From assembly GCA_021782205.1 (NCBI GenBank), contig JAJXVH010000009.1:3432-67431 (forward strand): DNA of 64,000 nucleotides. The letters run 5' to 3'. Origin of the DNA: a bacterium (lineage in GTDB: Bacteria > Elusimicrobiota > Elusimicrobia > UBA1565 > UBA9628). A program made the translations under genes and the position numbers. The notes beneath the pieces were generated by a model that saw only the letters and a program-made list of their open reading frames with translations, searched no databases and was not told the DNA's origin. Positions 1 to 8,160 of the stretch are shown here, piece by piece; the stretch's first letter is position 1; the number at the start of each line of letters is the position of its first letter.

Positions 1-2310
1 GCGCCGTTGTTGGGCGGCACGACCTCGTTGGCGGTGCTTTCCTACGTGCTGACGGAACCTGCGACGGTGTATGTGGACATCTATCCGCCGAACACGCAGT
101 TCTGCAACGACAGCGCCGGCAACCCCGCGCTGGCCGACGTCAACAGCACCGCCACTGATCCGGCGACGATTCCGCCCGCGAAGAATTTTTACGCGTCGCT
201 GGGCGGATGCTCTCCTTCCAATCCCGTGTCCCCGATACGCTCGATCTCGCAGATGCAGCCGTCGCGGACCACTCAGATCAGCTTTTGGGACGGTAGGGAT
301 AATTCCGGCAACTACGTCAACGACGGGGACTACGTGTTCGTGATCTACGCCGCCCTGCCGTCCCAGCGCGGTGTCGCCTATCGCGGCAACGCCGCCGACA
401 CCCGCATATGGACCTCGACGGCCAAGCAGGGCTTCATCTCGGTGGTGCGGGGATTGGTCGGCGTCACGCAGATTTCGCCGACGTCGACGGTGATCGGCTC
501 CAGCCCCCCGGTGGGCGGCTTGAACCCGTTCTCGTTTAGCTACCAGATCTCCCGGCCGGCGACGGTGTCGCTACTTATTTACGACCAGACCGGCCTCAAC
601 GTGATCAAGACGATCGTTAATAAAGAAGCCCAGCCCGGCCAACTCACCATCACGGAGACCTGGCCCGACGGCGTGGGCGACAACGGTCTGATCGTCTCTT
701 CCGGAACGTACCTGGCCCAATTGACCGTCTTCGATCCCGCGTTCCCGGCGAAAGTCTCGACGACGACGGTTCTGTTCCCGGTGGACCTGTTCCGCATCAC
801 CGACGTGGCCGTCACGCCGCTGCTCGCGGTGGTCAACGACACGGCCACGCTCACGTATCAGCTCTCCCAGCCCATGTTCATCGCCTGGAACATATACCCC
901 CCGGGCTCGGTCGTCTTGAACAGCAGCACCACGTGGCCGCCGTGCGCCAACCAATTGCCGCCGAACGCGTGCACGAGCTCCCAGGTCGTCTCCCCGTTGG
1001 GAGTGCAGGTGGCCCCCGTCATCACCTACTACGGCATGCGGCCGGGCCGGCTCAAGATCACCGAGACCTGGGCTGGACAGAACCCGAACGGCATCTATGT
1101 GCCGGACGGGCAGTATGTCTACACGCTGAGCGCGGTCTCCACGACGACGCCGTCCTACTTTCCCACCGACCGCGTCTACGGCACGATCACGGTCGCGCGC
1201 GGCTCGGTGCTGTTCTCGAGCTTCAACGTCATTCCGACCGTGCCGACCTTGTTCAACTCCAGCAACACGATCACGCTGGACCCGTTCAGCATTCAATACA
1301 CGGTGACGCGCGAATCGTCGGTCACCATCCAGATTCTCAACACCAACATCCCTCCGCAGGTCATGACGACCGTCGTCGCCGGGGCCGTGCGCGAGCCGGG
1401 CATCCTCAACACCGACGTTTGGGACGGCCGCGACCTGGTGGGCAACTTCCTGCCCGTGCCGGTCAGCTTCGGCGGCACGGCCTACATCGTGCAGGCGGTG
1501 GCTCTGGATGTGGCGTCTTCCTTGACCATTCCGTCGACGGCGCAGGTCACCGTCGCCTACGATCCTCTGCGCATCTACGACCTGGCCGTCACGCCCATCG
1601 TCGGCGGGGGGGCGGCGACCATCGCCTACCAGGTCTCCGAGCCGATGAAGGTGTCGCTGAAGGTCTACCAGCCGAACACGATCTTCGACTACGCCGGCAA
1701 CGCGTCGCCGCCGGACTCCGTGTCGCTGGTCAAGATCATCACCGGCGTGCGTCCGCCGCGTACGGAGATCAAGGACACCTGGGACGGCACGAACATCGCG
1801 GGCACGAAGCTGCCGGAGGGCGACTACAAGTTCGTCCTCGTGGGTTCCACGGACACCAGCGCCATCGACACGCAGACCGGCAACGTGATCTACCCCAACG
1901 AGCTGGCCGATGACCATCTCATCGACGACATTCCCATGACCCTGGGTCCGTCCACCGACCCGCAGGGCGACTTCAACACCAACAGCTACGTGTTCCCCAA
2001 TCCCGTGCCCGCCTCGGCCGGCTCCGCGACGTTCTGCCTCTATAACCCGTTCCCGCACGCGCACATCACCATGCGCATGTACACGATGTCGGGCAGCCTC
2101 GTCATGACGCAGGACTTCGGTTCCAGCCTGCCGGCCAGCTATCAGACCAACGTCGGCGTGTGCGGCGGCGGCATTCCCTACGTCTGGTCGAAAGCCAATC
2201 AGGGCGGCCGCAACGTGGCGCGCGGCCTCTACTACGCGGTGCTGCGCGTCGAGCAGCAGGAAGAGGGCACGACGGTTCTTCAGACGGTCAAGAAGGTCCT
2301 CGTCCAGTGA
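1..2310 (+). CDS. Secreted multi-repeat surface protein (5' partial): about 5 FlgD-Ig-like beta-sandwich repeats plus T9SS-type C-terminal sorting domain
   Basis: The frame is open from the window edge. Repeats of about 125 aa each carry a W(D/P)G..(N/D).G..V..G.Y motif (FWDGRDNSGNYVNDGDYVF, VWDGRDLVGNFLP, TWDGTNIAGTKLPEGDYKF). The C-terminus (YVFPNPVPAS..ATFCLYNP..ITMRMYTMSGSLV..GLYYAVLRV) matches my recollection of the Por_Secre_tail/TIGR04183 pattern. Confidence 0.7.
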   Translation, partial: APLLGGTTSLAVLSYVLTEPATVYVDIYPPNTQFCNDSAGNPALADVNSTATDPATIPPAKNFYASLGGCSPSNPVSPIRSISQMQPSRTTQISFWDGRDNSGNYVNDGDYVFVIYAALPSQRGVAYRGNAADTRIWTSTAKQGFISVVRGLVGVTQISPTSTVIGSSPPVGGLNPFSFSYQISRPATVSLLIYDQTGLNVIKTIVNKEAQPGQLTITETWPDGVGDNGLIVSSGTYLAQLTVFDPAFPAKVSTTTVLFPVDLFRITDVAVTPLLAVVNDTATLTYQLSQPMFIAWNIYPPGSVVLNSSTTWPPCANQLPPNACTSSQVVSPLGVQVAPVITYYGMRPGRLKITETWAGQNPNGIYVPDGQYVYTLSAVSTTTPSYFPTDRVYGTITVARGSVLFSSFNVIPTVPTLFNSSNTITLDPFSIQYTVTRESSVTIQILNTNIPPQVMTTVVAGAVREPGILNTDVWDGRDLVGNFLPVPVSFGGTAYIVQAVALDVASSLTIPSTAQVTVAYDPLRIYDLAVTPIVGGGAATIAYQVSEPMKVSLKVYQPNTIFDYAGNASPPDSVSLVKIITGVRPPRTEIKDTWDGTNIAGTKLPEGDYKFVLVGSTDTSAIDTQTGNVIYPNELADDHLIDDIPMTLGPSTDPQGDFNTNSYVFPNPVPASAGSATFCLYNPFPHAHITMRMYTMSGSLVMTQDFGSSLPASYQTNVGVCGGGIPYVWSKANQGGRNVARGLYYAVLRVEQQEEGTTVLQTVKKVLVQ

Positions 2311-3281
2311 GAAAAGCTCCTGGGGCCGCCGCCGTGCTGGGCCTGGCGCTCGCGGCGGCGGGTCCGGCGCGGGCCATCAGCTCCGGCGCCGGCACCAGCG
2401 GCGCGAACTTTCTTGAGATCGGCCAGGGCTCGGCTCGCGCGATGGCGCTGTCGGGCGCCTACGTGGCGCTTTCGGAAGGTTCCGACGCGCTGACGTGGAA
2501 TCCCGCGGGTCTGGCGGCGACCCAGCAGCGCGAGTTCGCGTTCTCCTATCTCAGCTACGTCCAGGGCCTGCAGTCGCCCGTCTACATGGCCTACGCCCAG
2601 CCCATGGGGCGCACGGCGTGGGGCGTCAACGCCGGCTACATGTCCGAGGGCGGCTTCGACGTGCGCGACCAAAACGGCATCCCCCAGCAGAACACCAGCG
2701 CTCTGGTGCGCGACGGCTACGCGACGATCGGCGTGGCGCGCTCGTTTTTTTACGAGAAGCTCTACCTGGGCGCGTCTCTGCGCGGCATTCACCAGGAAAT
2801 CGTCGGCGCGGCCTACAACACGGTCTCGGCCGACGCGGGCGCCCTACTGCACGTGACCAATGCCCTGACCTTCGGCCTGGCGCTCCAGAATTTCGGGCCG
2901 CCCACGTCCGACGTGGCGCACACCATCCGCGGCGGCGCGGCCCTGCGCCATAATGATTTTTTCACGACCACCATGGAGCTGCGCAACGCCTCGGACACCG
3001 GCACTCAGTTCGCCATCGGCGAGGAGTTCTCTCTGCCGGAAGAGTACCTGGACGTGGGTCAGCTGTCCTTGCGCGTCGGCTATCAGACCGTCGACAGCTA
3101 CGGCCAAAGCTTCAGCAGTACGTTGAAGACCCTCTATCTCGACCAGACGAGCGGCATGTCTTTCGGCTTCGGTCTGTATACTTCGGAGGCGTTCGGCTAC
3201 GGCTTGTCGTTGGATTACGCGTTCGTGCCTTACGGCGCACTGGGAACGGTGGACCAGCTTTCATTCAAGCTGAAGTTTTAA
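2307..3281 (+). CDS. PorV/PorQ-family outer-membrane beta-barrel protein (T9SS shuttle-like)
   Basis: GTG 2307 overlaps the upstream stop (GTGA). Signal peptide VRKAPGAAAVLGLALAAAGPARA. The N-terminal motif GAGTSGANFLEIGQGSARAMALSGAYVALSEGSDALTWNPAGLA is typical of the PorV/PorQ family. The remainder has alternating beta-strand-like sequence and ends in F. Confidence 0.7.
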   Translation: MRKAPGAAAVLGLALAAAGPARAISSGAGTSGANFLEIGQGSARAMALSGAYVALSEGSDALTWNPAGLAATQQREFAFSYLSYVQGLQSPVYMAYAQPMGRTAWGVNAGYMSEGGFDVRDQNGIPQQNTSALVRDGYATIGVARSFFYEKLYLGASLRGIHQEIVGAAYNTVSADAGALLHVTNALTFGLALQNFGPPTSDVAHTIRGGAALRHNDFFTTTMELRNASDTGTQFAIGEEFSLPEEYLDVGQLSLRVGYQTVDSYGQSFSSTLKTLYLDQTSGMSFGFGLYTSEAFGYGLSLDYAFVPYGALGTVDQLSFKLKF

Positions 3282-3302
3282 CGGTTTTTTAACGACGACA
3301 AC

Positions 3303-3331
3303 TTGACACCTTTCGGGTCGGCTGTTACACT
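3303..3331 (+). promoter_or_regulatory. Sigma70-like promoter: TTGACA (3303-3308), N17, TACACT (3326-3331)
   Basis: Exact -35 consensus with a 17-nt spacer. The same TACACT -10 recurs at four other operon heads in this window. Confidence 0.5.
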
Positions 3332-3338
3332 CGGACCA

Positions 3339-3515
3339 GTGGCGAGGGATGTTCACGGGCGTATAAGAGGAAAGCGCGGTCAGACCGCGGTGGAGTATCT
3401 GCTGACCACGGTGCTGCTGGCCGGGCTGTTTGCGGGGATGTTCGGCGTGCTGCAAGGTGCCTTGAAGAAGCTGTTCATTGCGGGGGGGCTCGTGATCTTG
3501 ACCCCTCGCCAGTAG
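3339..3515 (+). CDS. flp: Flp-family type IVb pilin (copy 1)
   Basis: Prepilin motif KRG/QTAVEYLL followed by a hydrophobic helix (TTVLLAGLFAGMFGVL). The start is uncertain. The track's TTG 3303 lies inside the -35 box, and the next in-frame start is GTG 3339, 7 nt after the -10. Confidence 0.6.
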   Translation: MARDVHGRIRGKRGQTAVEYLLTTVLLAGLFAGMFGVLQGALKKLFIAGGLVILTPRQ

Positions 3516-3547
3516 CGGTCGTCAATCCGAGAGAAGGAGAAAGGGAG

Positions 3548-3763
3548 ATGAAAATGTCTCAGGTGAGGACGTGGGGGAGGACGCGGCCGGCCGGACGCCG
3601 CGGTCAGAACACCGTCGAGTATTTGTTGATGCTCACGGTCGTCGTCGGAGTCGTGCTTGTCGCGGGCGTGGCCCTCAAGAAGTTCATGCCGAGCCTGTTC
3701 CAGCAGATCCAGGGAATGATCAGCGGCGCGGCGTCTTCGATGGGGTCGGGTCCCAGTCACTGA
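3548..3763 (+). CDS. flp: Flp-family type IVb pilin (copy 2)
   Basis: Shine-Dalgarno GAGAAGGAGAAAGGGAG lies upstream of the ATG. Motif RRG/QNTVEYLLMLTVVVGVVLVAGVAL. Confidence 0.75.
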   Translation: MKMSQVRTWGRTRPAGRRGQNTVEYLLMLTVVVGVVLVAGVALKKFMPSLFQQIQGMISGAASSMGSGPSH

Positions 3764-3827
3764 CCGCCGTTTCCCCGTCCCGGTCCGGGAGGGCCGGGAC
3801 GGGGCGGCGTAATCGTTGAGGAGGATT

Positions 3828-4274
3828 ATGCGCGCGCCGGGCCGCCGGTCGGGGCAGGTCGTCGTCGAGATGATCTTGATCCTTCCGGTGTTCCTGACGA
3901 TCGTATTCTCGATCATGGAGATCGGCTACGTGTCGTTCCAGGTCATCGTGCTCAATCACGCCACCTACGAGGTCGCGCGAATCGGGGGCATGACGTCTTG
4001 CGGTCTCGGGGGCTGTCCGCAGCCGAATCAGGCCAAGCTCAGTGCGGTGATGACGTCGATGCTCAAGAACGCCACGGTTTCCTGCCAACCCGTGCCGACA
4101 GTGATGGACCAGCAGGCCAATCAGCAGAATTTCGATCTGCAGTGCGTGAGTCAGGAGAAGATTAATTTGATCTTTCCGATCAGCAGCATCATTTTGTCGG
4201 ACAAGGGCAATCCGGGCGTGAAGACGCTTTCGGCGAGCGTGGCGATGCCCATTGAGAGGCCGCTGCAGCAATAG
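3828..4274 (+). CDS. TadE-like pseudopilin
   Basis: AGGAGG lies just upstream of ATG 3828. The N-terminus RRSGQVVVEMILILPVFLTIVFSIMEIGYV fits the TadE N-terminal pattern (G-Q-x-x-V-E, then a hydrophobic helix). Confidence 0.65.
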   Translation: MRAPGRRSGQVVVEMILILPVFLTIVFSIMEIGYVSFQVIVLNHATYEVARIGGMTSCGLGGCPQPNQAKLSAVMTSMLKNATVSCQPVPTVMDQQANQQNFDLQCVSQEKINLIFPISSIILSDKGNPGVKTLSASVAMPIERPLQQ

Positions 4275-4297
4275 ACCGTTAAGAGGACGAACGATTC

Positions 4298-5062
4298 ATG
4301 GAAAAGAAAGGCGTGATGGTCCCGATGCTGCTGGCGCTGTTCGCGGCGGTGATCTACATGGTGGTGCTGTCGAGCAAGGAAAAAGCGCTCAGCCATGACT
4401 ACGAAACGGCGCAAGTGCTTGTCGCCAACGCCGACATCCCGGAGCGAACGGTGCTCAAGGACACGATGGTCGAGCAGATGGCGATCCCGCGCAAGTTCAT
4501 GCAGCAGGACGCCTTCGAGTACCGCACGCCCTCGGATTTGAAGCAGATCGTCAACTTGGTCACGCGCACGCGCGTGCCCAAGGGCAATCAGATCACGCAG
4601 TCCTCGCTCGTCGCACTTTCTCCGGAGTCGGGCCTGAGCGTCAAGATCCCGCCCGGCTACCGCGGCGCGATGCTGCCCATCGATTCCGACATGAAGCCTC
4701 TGATCAAGCCGGGCGACCGCGTCGACGTGCTGGTCACCTTCGAGGCGGTGATGAAGGACACCGGCCAGAAAGAAAAGGTCACCGCGACCATCCTGCAGAA
4801 CGTGCTGGTCATCGCCGTGGGCACGAACCTGGGCCAGGGCATGAGCGCGTCGCAGTTCAAGTCGGCGGCGGCGGCGGAGGACAAGACCGCGTCGTTCGCC
4901 GAGCACGCCAGCATCAGCCTGGCGCTGAACCCGACCGAGGCCCAATACCTGGCGCTCGCCATCAAGCAGAGCGGCGGCGAGGTCACGGTCATCCTGCGCG
5001 GCCTTGGGGACATGGAGATGCATCCGATGGAGATGGCCAGCTTCCGCAAGCTGTTCAAGTGA
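4298..5062 (+). CDS. cpaB: Flp pilus assembly protein CpaB/RcpC (TM anchor, SAF domain, beta-clip)
   Basis: N-terminal TM helix. SAF-like segment VLVANADIPERTVLKDTMVEQMAIPRKF...VPKGNQITQSSLV, then IPPGYRGAMLPID...IKPGDRVDVLVTFE. Confidence 0.75.
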   Translation: MEKKGVMVPMLLALFAAVIYMVVLSSKEKALSHDYETAQVLVANADIPERTVLKDTMVEQMAIPRKFMQQDAFEYRTPSDLKQIVNLVTRTRVPKGNQITQSSLVALSPESGLSVKIPPGYRGAMLPIDSDMKPLIKPGDRVDVLVTFEAVMKDTGQKEKVTATILQNVLVIAVGTNLGQGMSASQFKSAAAAEDKTASFAEHASISLALNPTEAQYLALAIKQSGGEVTVILRGLGDMEMHPMEMASFRKLFK

Positions 5063-5084
5063 GAATGGGGAAAGGCGCGACAAC

Positions 5085-5837
5085 ATGAATCGACAACTGC
5101 GGGCGGCGGGGCTGGCGGCGGCGGCGGCGGCGGGACTGGCGGCGGTCGCCGCGGCCCAGCCTGACGACTCGCTGATCGCCGTGTCCGCCGACGTCGTCGA
5201 GATCTCGGGGTCCTATTCGCAGAATTTGGGGTTTACTTGGACGCCGCTGCAGACGGGCGTCAACTTCGGCGAGAAGTCGATTCCCGGCATCATCCGCCTG
5301 GGAGACTTCGCGCGCACGACGGCTCTCCAAACGTCGCTGCAAATGCTGGAGACCGAGGGCAAGGCGCAGTTGCTGTCCAATCCCAAGGTCATTGTGCAGG
5401 CGCAATCGCAGGCTAACTTCGTGGTCGGCGGCGAACAGCCGTATCCCGCGGCCAACGGCAACGGTACGGTCACGACGGACTTCAAGAAGTTCGGCGTGAT
5501 CCTCAACGTCGTGCCGGTGATTAACCCCAACAAGAAGGACACCATCCGCGCCGAGCTCCAATTGGAAGTCTCGAACATGAACTTCTCGCAGACGGTGCAG
5601 GTCGGCAACACCACCGTGCCCTCGGTGGTCACGCGCCAGATCCAGACCGCCGTCGAGGTCAAAAGCGGAGACACCTTGGTCATCGGCGGCCTCAAGTCCA
5701 GCACGAAGAACGTCTCAACGACGAAGGTCCCGTATCTGGGCAGCATCCCGATCCTCGGGTGGCTGTTCACCACGAAGAGCGTGACGGAGTCGGAGGAGTC
5801 CCTGTTCCTGTTCATCACGATGGAGATCGTCAAGTAG
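5085..5837 (+). CDS. cpaC: Secretin (CpaC/RcpA family), unusually short at 250 aa
   Basis: Signal peptide MNRQLRAAGLAAAAAAGLAAVAAAQPDD. The secretin core follows directly and ends in the canonical VPYLGSIPILGWLFTTKSVTESEESLFLFITMEIVK. Confidence 0.75.
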   Translation: MNRQLRAAGLAAAAAAGLAAVAAAQPDDSLIAVSADVVEISGSYSQNLGFTWTPLQTGVNFGEKSIPGIIRLGDFARTTALQTSLQMLETEGKAQLLSNPKVIVQAQSQANFVVGGEQPYPAANGNGTVTTDFKKFGVILNVVPVINPNKKDTIRAELQLEVSNMNFSQTVQVGNTTVPSVVTRQIQTAVEVKSGDTLVIGGLKSSTKNVSTTKVPYLGSIPILGWLFTTKSVTESEESLFLFITMEIVK

Positions 5838-5841
5838 CGGC

Positions 5842-8160
5842 ATGCCCGAGCCCACGACCATGAGCGGTCCCTCGACGGCGACGCCGACGTCCTTGCGCGA
5901 CCCAGGCCGGGTCATCGTGTTCACCGGCCCCAAGGAGGGCGTGGGCAAGACGACCGCGTGCCTGAACCTGGCGCTGGCGTGGGCGGGCAGCCAGAACCGC
6001 AAGGTCGTGATCGTGCACATGGACCCGCTGTGCCGCAACGACCTGAACTTCGTGCTGGGCAACCTCAACCCGCCGTCGTTGGCGAGCATGATCCAGCTGG
6101 TCGGCGACAGCCCGACCGGAGGCCTGGGCCGCCTGCTCAAGGGACGCATCCCGTTCTCGCAGTGGGGCGTCGGGCTCCTGCCGCTGGCGTCGTCGCGCAC
6201 GGAATTCCAGAAGCTGTCGCCGAACGTGGTCGTCAAAGTGCTGGGCTCGCTGGCCGAGAGCTACGACCTATTCATCGACGTCGATCCTTTTTTTCCGATG
6301 CAGGTTTTCTCCTTCGACCTGGCCGATCTGATCTACTGGGTGTGCATGCCCCAGCGCTCGCATTTCGAGGCCACGTATTCCCTGTTCAACGAGATCAAGG
6401 CCCTGCACTTTCCGCTCGACAAGTTCGAGATCGTGGTCAACCAGGCCAACCTGCCCGGCGCTCTGGCGCCCAAGGAGGTGGCACGCTTCTTCGACGCGAT
6501 GCAGAAGAAGGTTCTGGCCTACATGCCCTGGGAGGACCTGATCCCGGAGTTCGCCAACACGCAGAAGATCCTCGTCGTCGAGCACATGCAGAGCGACTGG
6601 GTGAAATCCCTGCGCGTTCTGCTGGGCCGCACCATGGAGCAGCCCGCCACGGTCAAGCACTGGGACACGTTCGTGGGTGCCGAGGAGTTCGGCGCGTCGG
6701 CCGACATGCTGTGGCGGCCGTCTTCCGGCGCCGGCATGTCGGAGGCCAAGCCCGCGCCGACGGCGGCGGCCATTTCCGACATTCCCGATTTCTGGGACGA
6801 GTTGAAGGCCAAGATGCACAAGTTCGTGGTCGCCGGCATGGAGACCGAGCACATCCGCATCAGCGACGACCCGAAGATGAACGACGAGAACCGCACGAAG
6901 GTCGGCCTGATCATCGAGAACCTCCTTCAGCGCGAGCAGGGCCTCTCCTTGACGCGCGCCCAGCGCGAGATGTTCGTCACCGAGCTCATCGACGAGATCC
7001 TGGGCCGCGGTCCGCTGGAGGCCCTGCTGCGCGACCCGGCCATCAACGAAATCATGGTCAACGCGTTCGACAAAATTTACGTCGAGAAGCACGGCCAGCT
7101 GGTGCTTCTGCCCATGCGCTTTCGCAACGACGAGCAGGTCGTGCAGGTCATCAAGCGCATCGTCGCGCCCATCGGCCGGCGCATCGACGAGTCGGTGCCG
7201 CTGGTCGACGCGCGCCTCAAGGACGGCTCGCGCGTCAACGCGATCATAGCGCCCCTCGCCGTCTCCGGCCCCACTTTGACGATCCGCCGCTTCTCGGCCA
7301 AGCCGTTCACCTCCGACCAGCTCATCAAGTTCGGCTCCACGACGCCCCAGCTCATCGAATTTTTGCGCGCGTCGGTGATCACGAAGAAAAACCTTCTGAT
7401 CTCCGGCGGCACCGGCACCGGCAAGACGACCTTCCTCAACATGCTCTCGAACTACATCCCCGACGGCGAGCGCATCATCACCGTCGAGGACACCGCCGAG
7501 CTGCGCCTGCTCGCCGAGCACTGGATCCGCCTGGAAAGCCGCCCGCCCAACATCGAAGGCAAGGGCGAGATCACGATCCGCGACCTGATCAAGAACTGCC
7601 TGCGCATGCGTCCCGACCGCATCATCGTCGGCGAGTGCCGCGGCGGCGAGGCGCTGGACATGCTCCAGGCCATGAACACCGGCCACGAGGGCTCGCTGGC
7701 GACGCTGCACGCCAACACGCCGTCGGACGCGATCTCGCGCCTGTCGGCGATGTGCCTGATGGCGGGCACCGACCTGCCCATGAACGTGCTCATCGAGATG
7801 ATCTCAAGCGCGGTCAACATCTTCGTGCAGATCACGCGCTTTCCGGACGGCAAGCGTCGCACCACCTACATCACGGAGTGCGTGGGCCGCGACGGCATCA
7901 AGATCCTCACGCGCGAGATTTTCCGCTTTTATCAGACGCACGTCGACGAGCAGGGCAAGAGCTACGGCTACTTCACCGCGTGCGACTACGTGCCGCGCTT
8001 TTACGACGAGTTCAAGCTCAAGGGCCTGGAGATTCCCAAGGAATTCTTCATGAGCGAGCGCACGAAGAAGAAGAACGGCCTGCCCAACGCGATCGACGAC
8101 CTGCTCAAGCAGGGCATCCCTTGCCCGGAGAACGTCGAAACGCAGGGAGCGGTAGCGTGA
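5842..8160 (+). CDS. cpaF: Fusion of CpaE/TadZ-like MinD/ParA ATPase (N-terminal) with CpaF/TadA secretion ATPase (C-terminal)
   Basis: N-terminal deviant Walker A VIVFTGPKEGVGKTTACLNLALAW. C-terminal part has GGTGTGKTTFLN, RIITVEDTAEL, RPDRIIVGECRGGEALDMLQAMNTGHEGSLATLHAN. Confidence 0.85.
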   Translation: MPEPTTMSGPSTATPTSLRDPGRVIVFTGPKEGVGKTTACLNLALAWAGSQNRKVVIVHMDPLCRNDLNFVLGNLNPPSLASMIQLVGDSPTGGLGRLLKGRIPFSQWGVGLLPLASSRTEFQKLSPNVVVKVLGSLAESYDLFIDVDPFFPMQVFSFDLADLIYWVCMPQRSHFEATYSLFNEIKALHFPLDKFEIVVNQANLPGALAPKEVARFFDAMQKKVLAYMPWEDLIPEFANTQKILVVEHMQSDWVKSLRVLLGRTMEQPATVKHWDTFVGAEEFGASADMLWRPSSGAGMSEAKPAPTAAAISDIPDFWDELKAKMHKFVVAGMETEHIRISDDPKMNDENRTKVGLIIENLLQREQGLSLTRAQREMFVTELIDEILGRGPLEALLRDPAINEIMVNAFDKIYVEKHGQLVLLPMRFRNDEQVVQVIKRIVAPIGRRIDESVPLVDARLKDGSRVNAIIAPLAVSGPTLTIRRFSAKPFTSDQLIKFGSTTPQLIEFLRASVITKKNLLISGGTGTGKTTFLNMLSNYIPDGERIITVEDTAELRLLAEHWIRLESRPPNIEGKGEITIRDLIKNCLRMRPDRIIVGECRGGEALDMLQAMNTGHEGSLATLHANTPSDAISRLSAMCLMAGTDLPMNVLIEMISSAVNIFVQITRFPDGKRRTTYITECVGRDGIKILTREIFRFYQTHVDEQGKSYGYFTACDYVPRFYDEFKLKGLEIPKEFFMSERTKKKNGLPNAIDDLLKQGIPCPENVETQGAVA

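Noticed and set aside
5101-5135. GGC/GCG triplet runs, with similar Ala/Gly-coding runs at 13950-13985, 29440-29490 and 37330-37400, as possible CRISPR or VNTR loci
   Set aside because: They are short, in-frame and encode poly-Ala or poly-Gly within ORFs. There is no repeat-spacer periodicity, so they are not CRISPR arrays.
5958-8156. N-terminal 733 aa of the 1245-aa track ORF (5958-9695)
   Set aside because: This part is an out-of-frame read through cpaE/cpaF with Arg/Pro/His-rich nonsense. Sensible sequence starts at the GTG 8157 signal peptide, which overlaps the cpaF stop.
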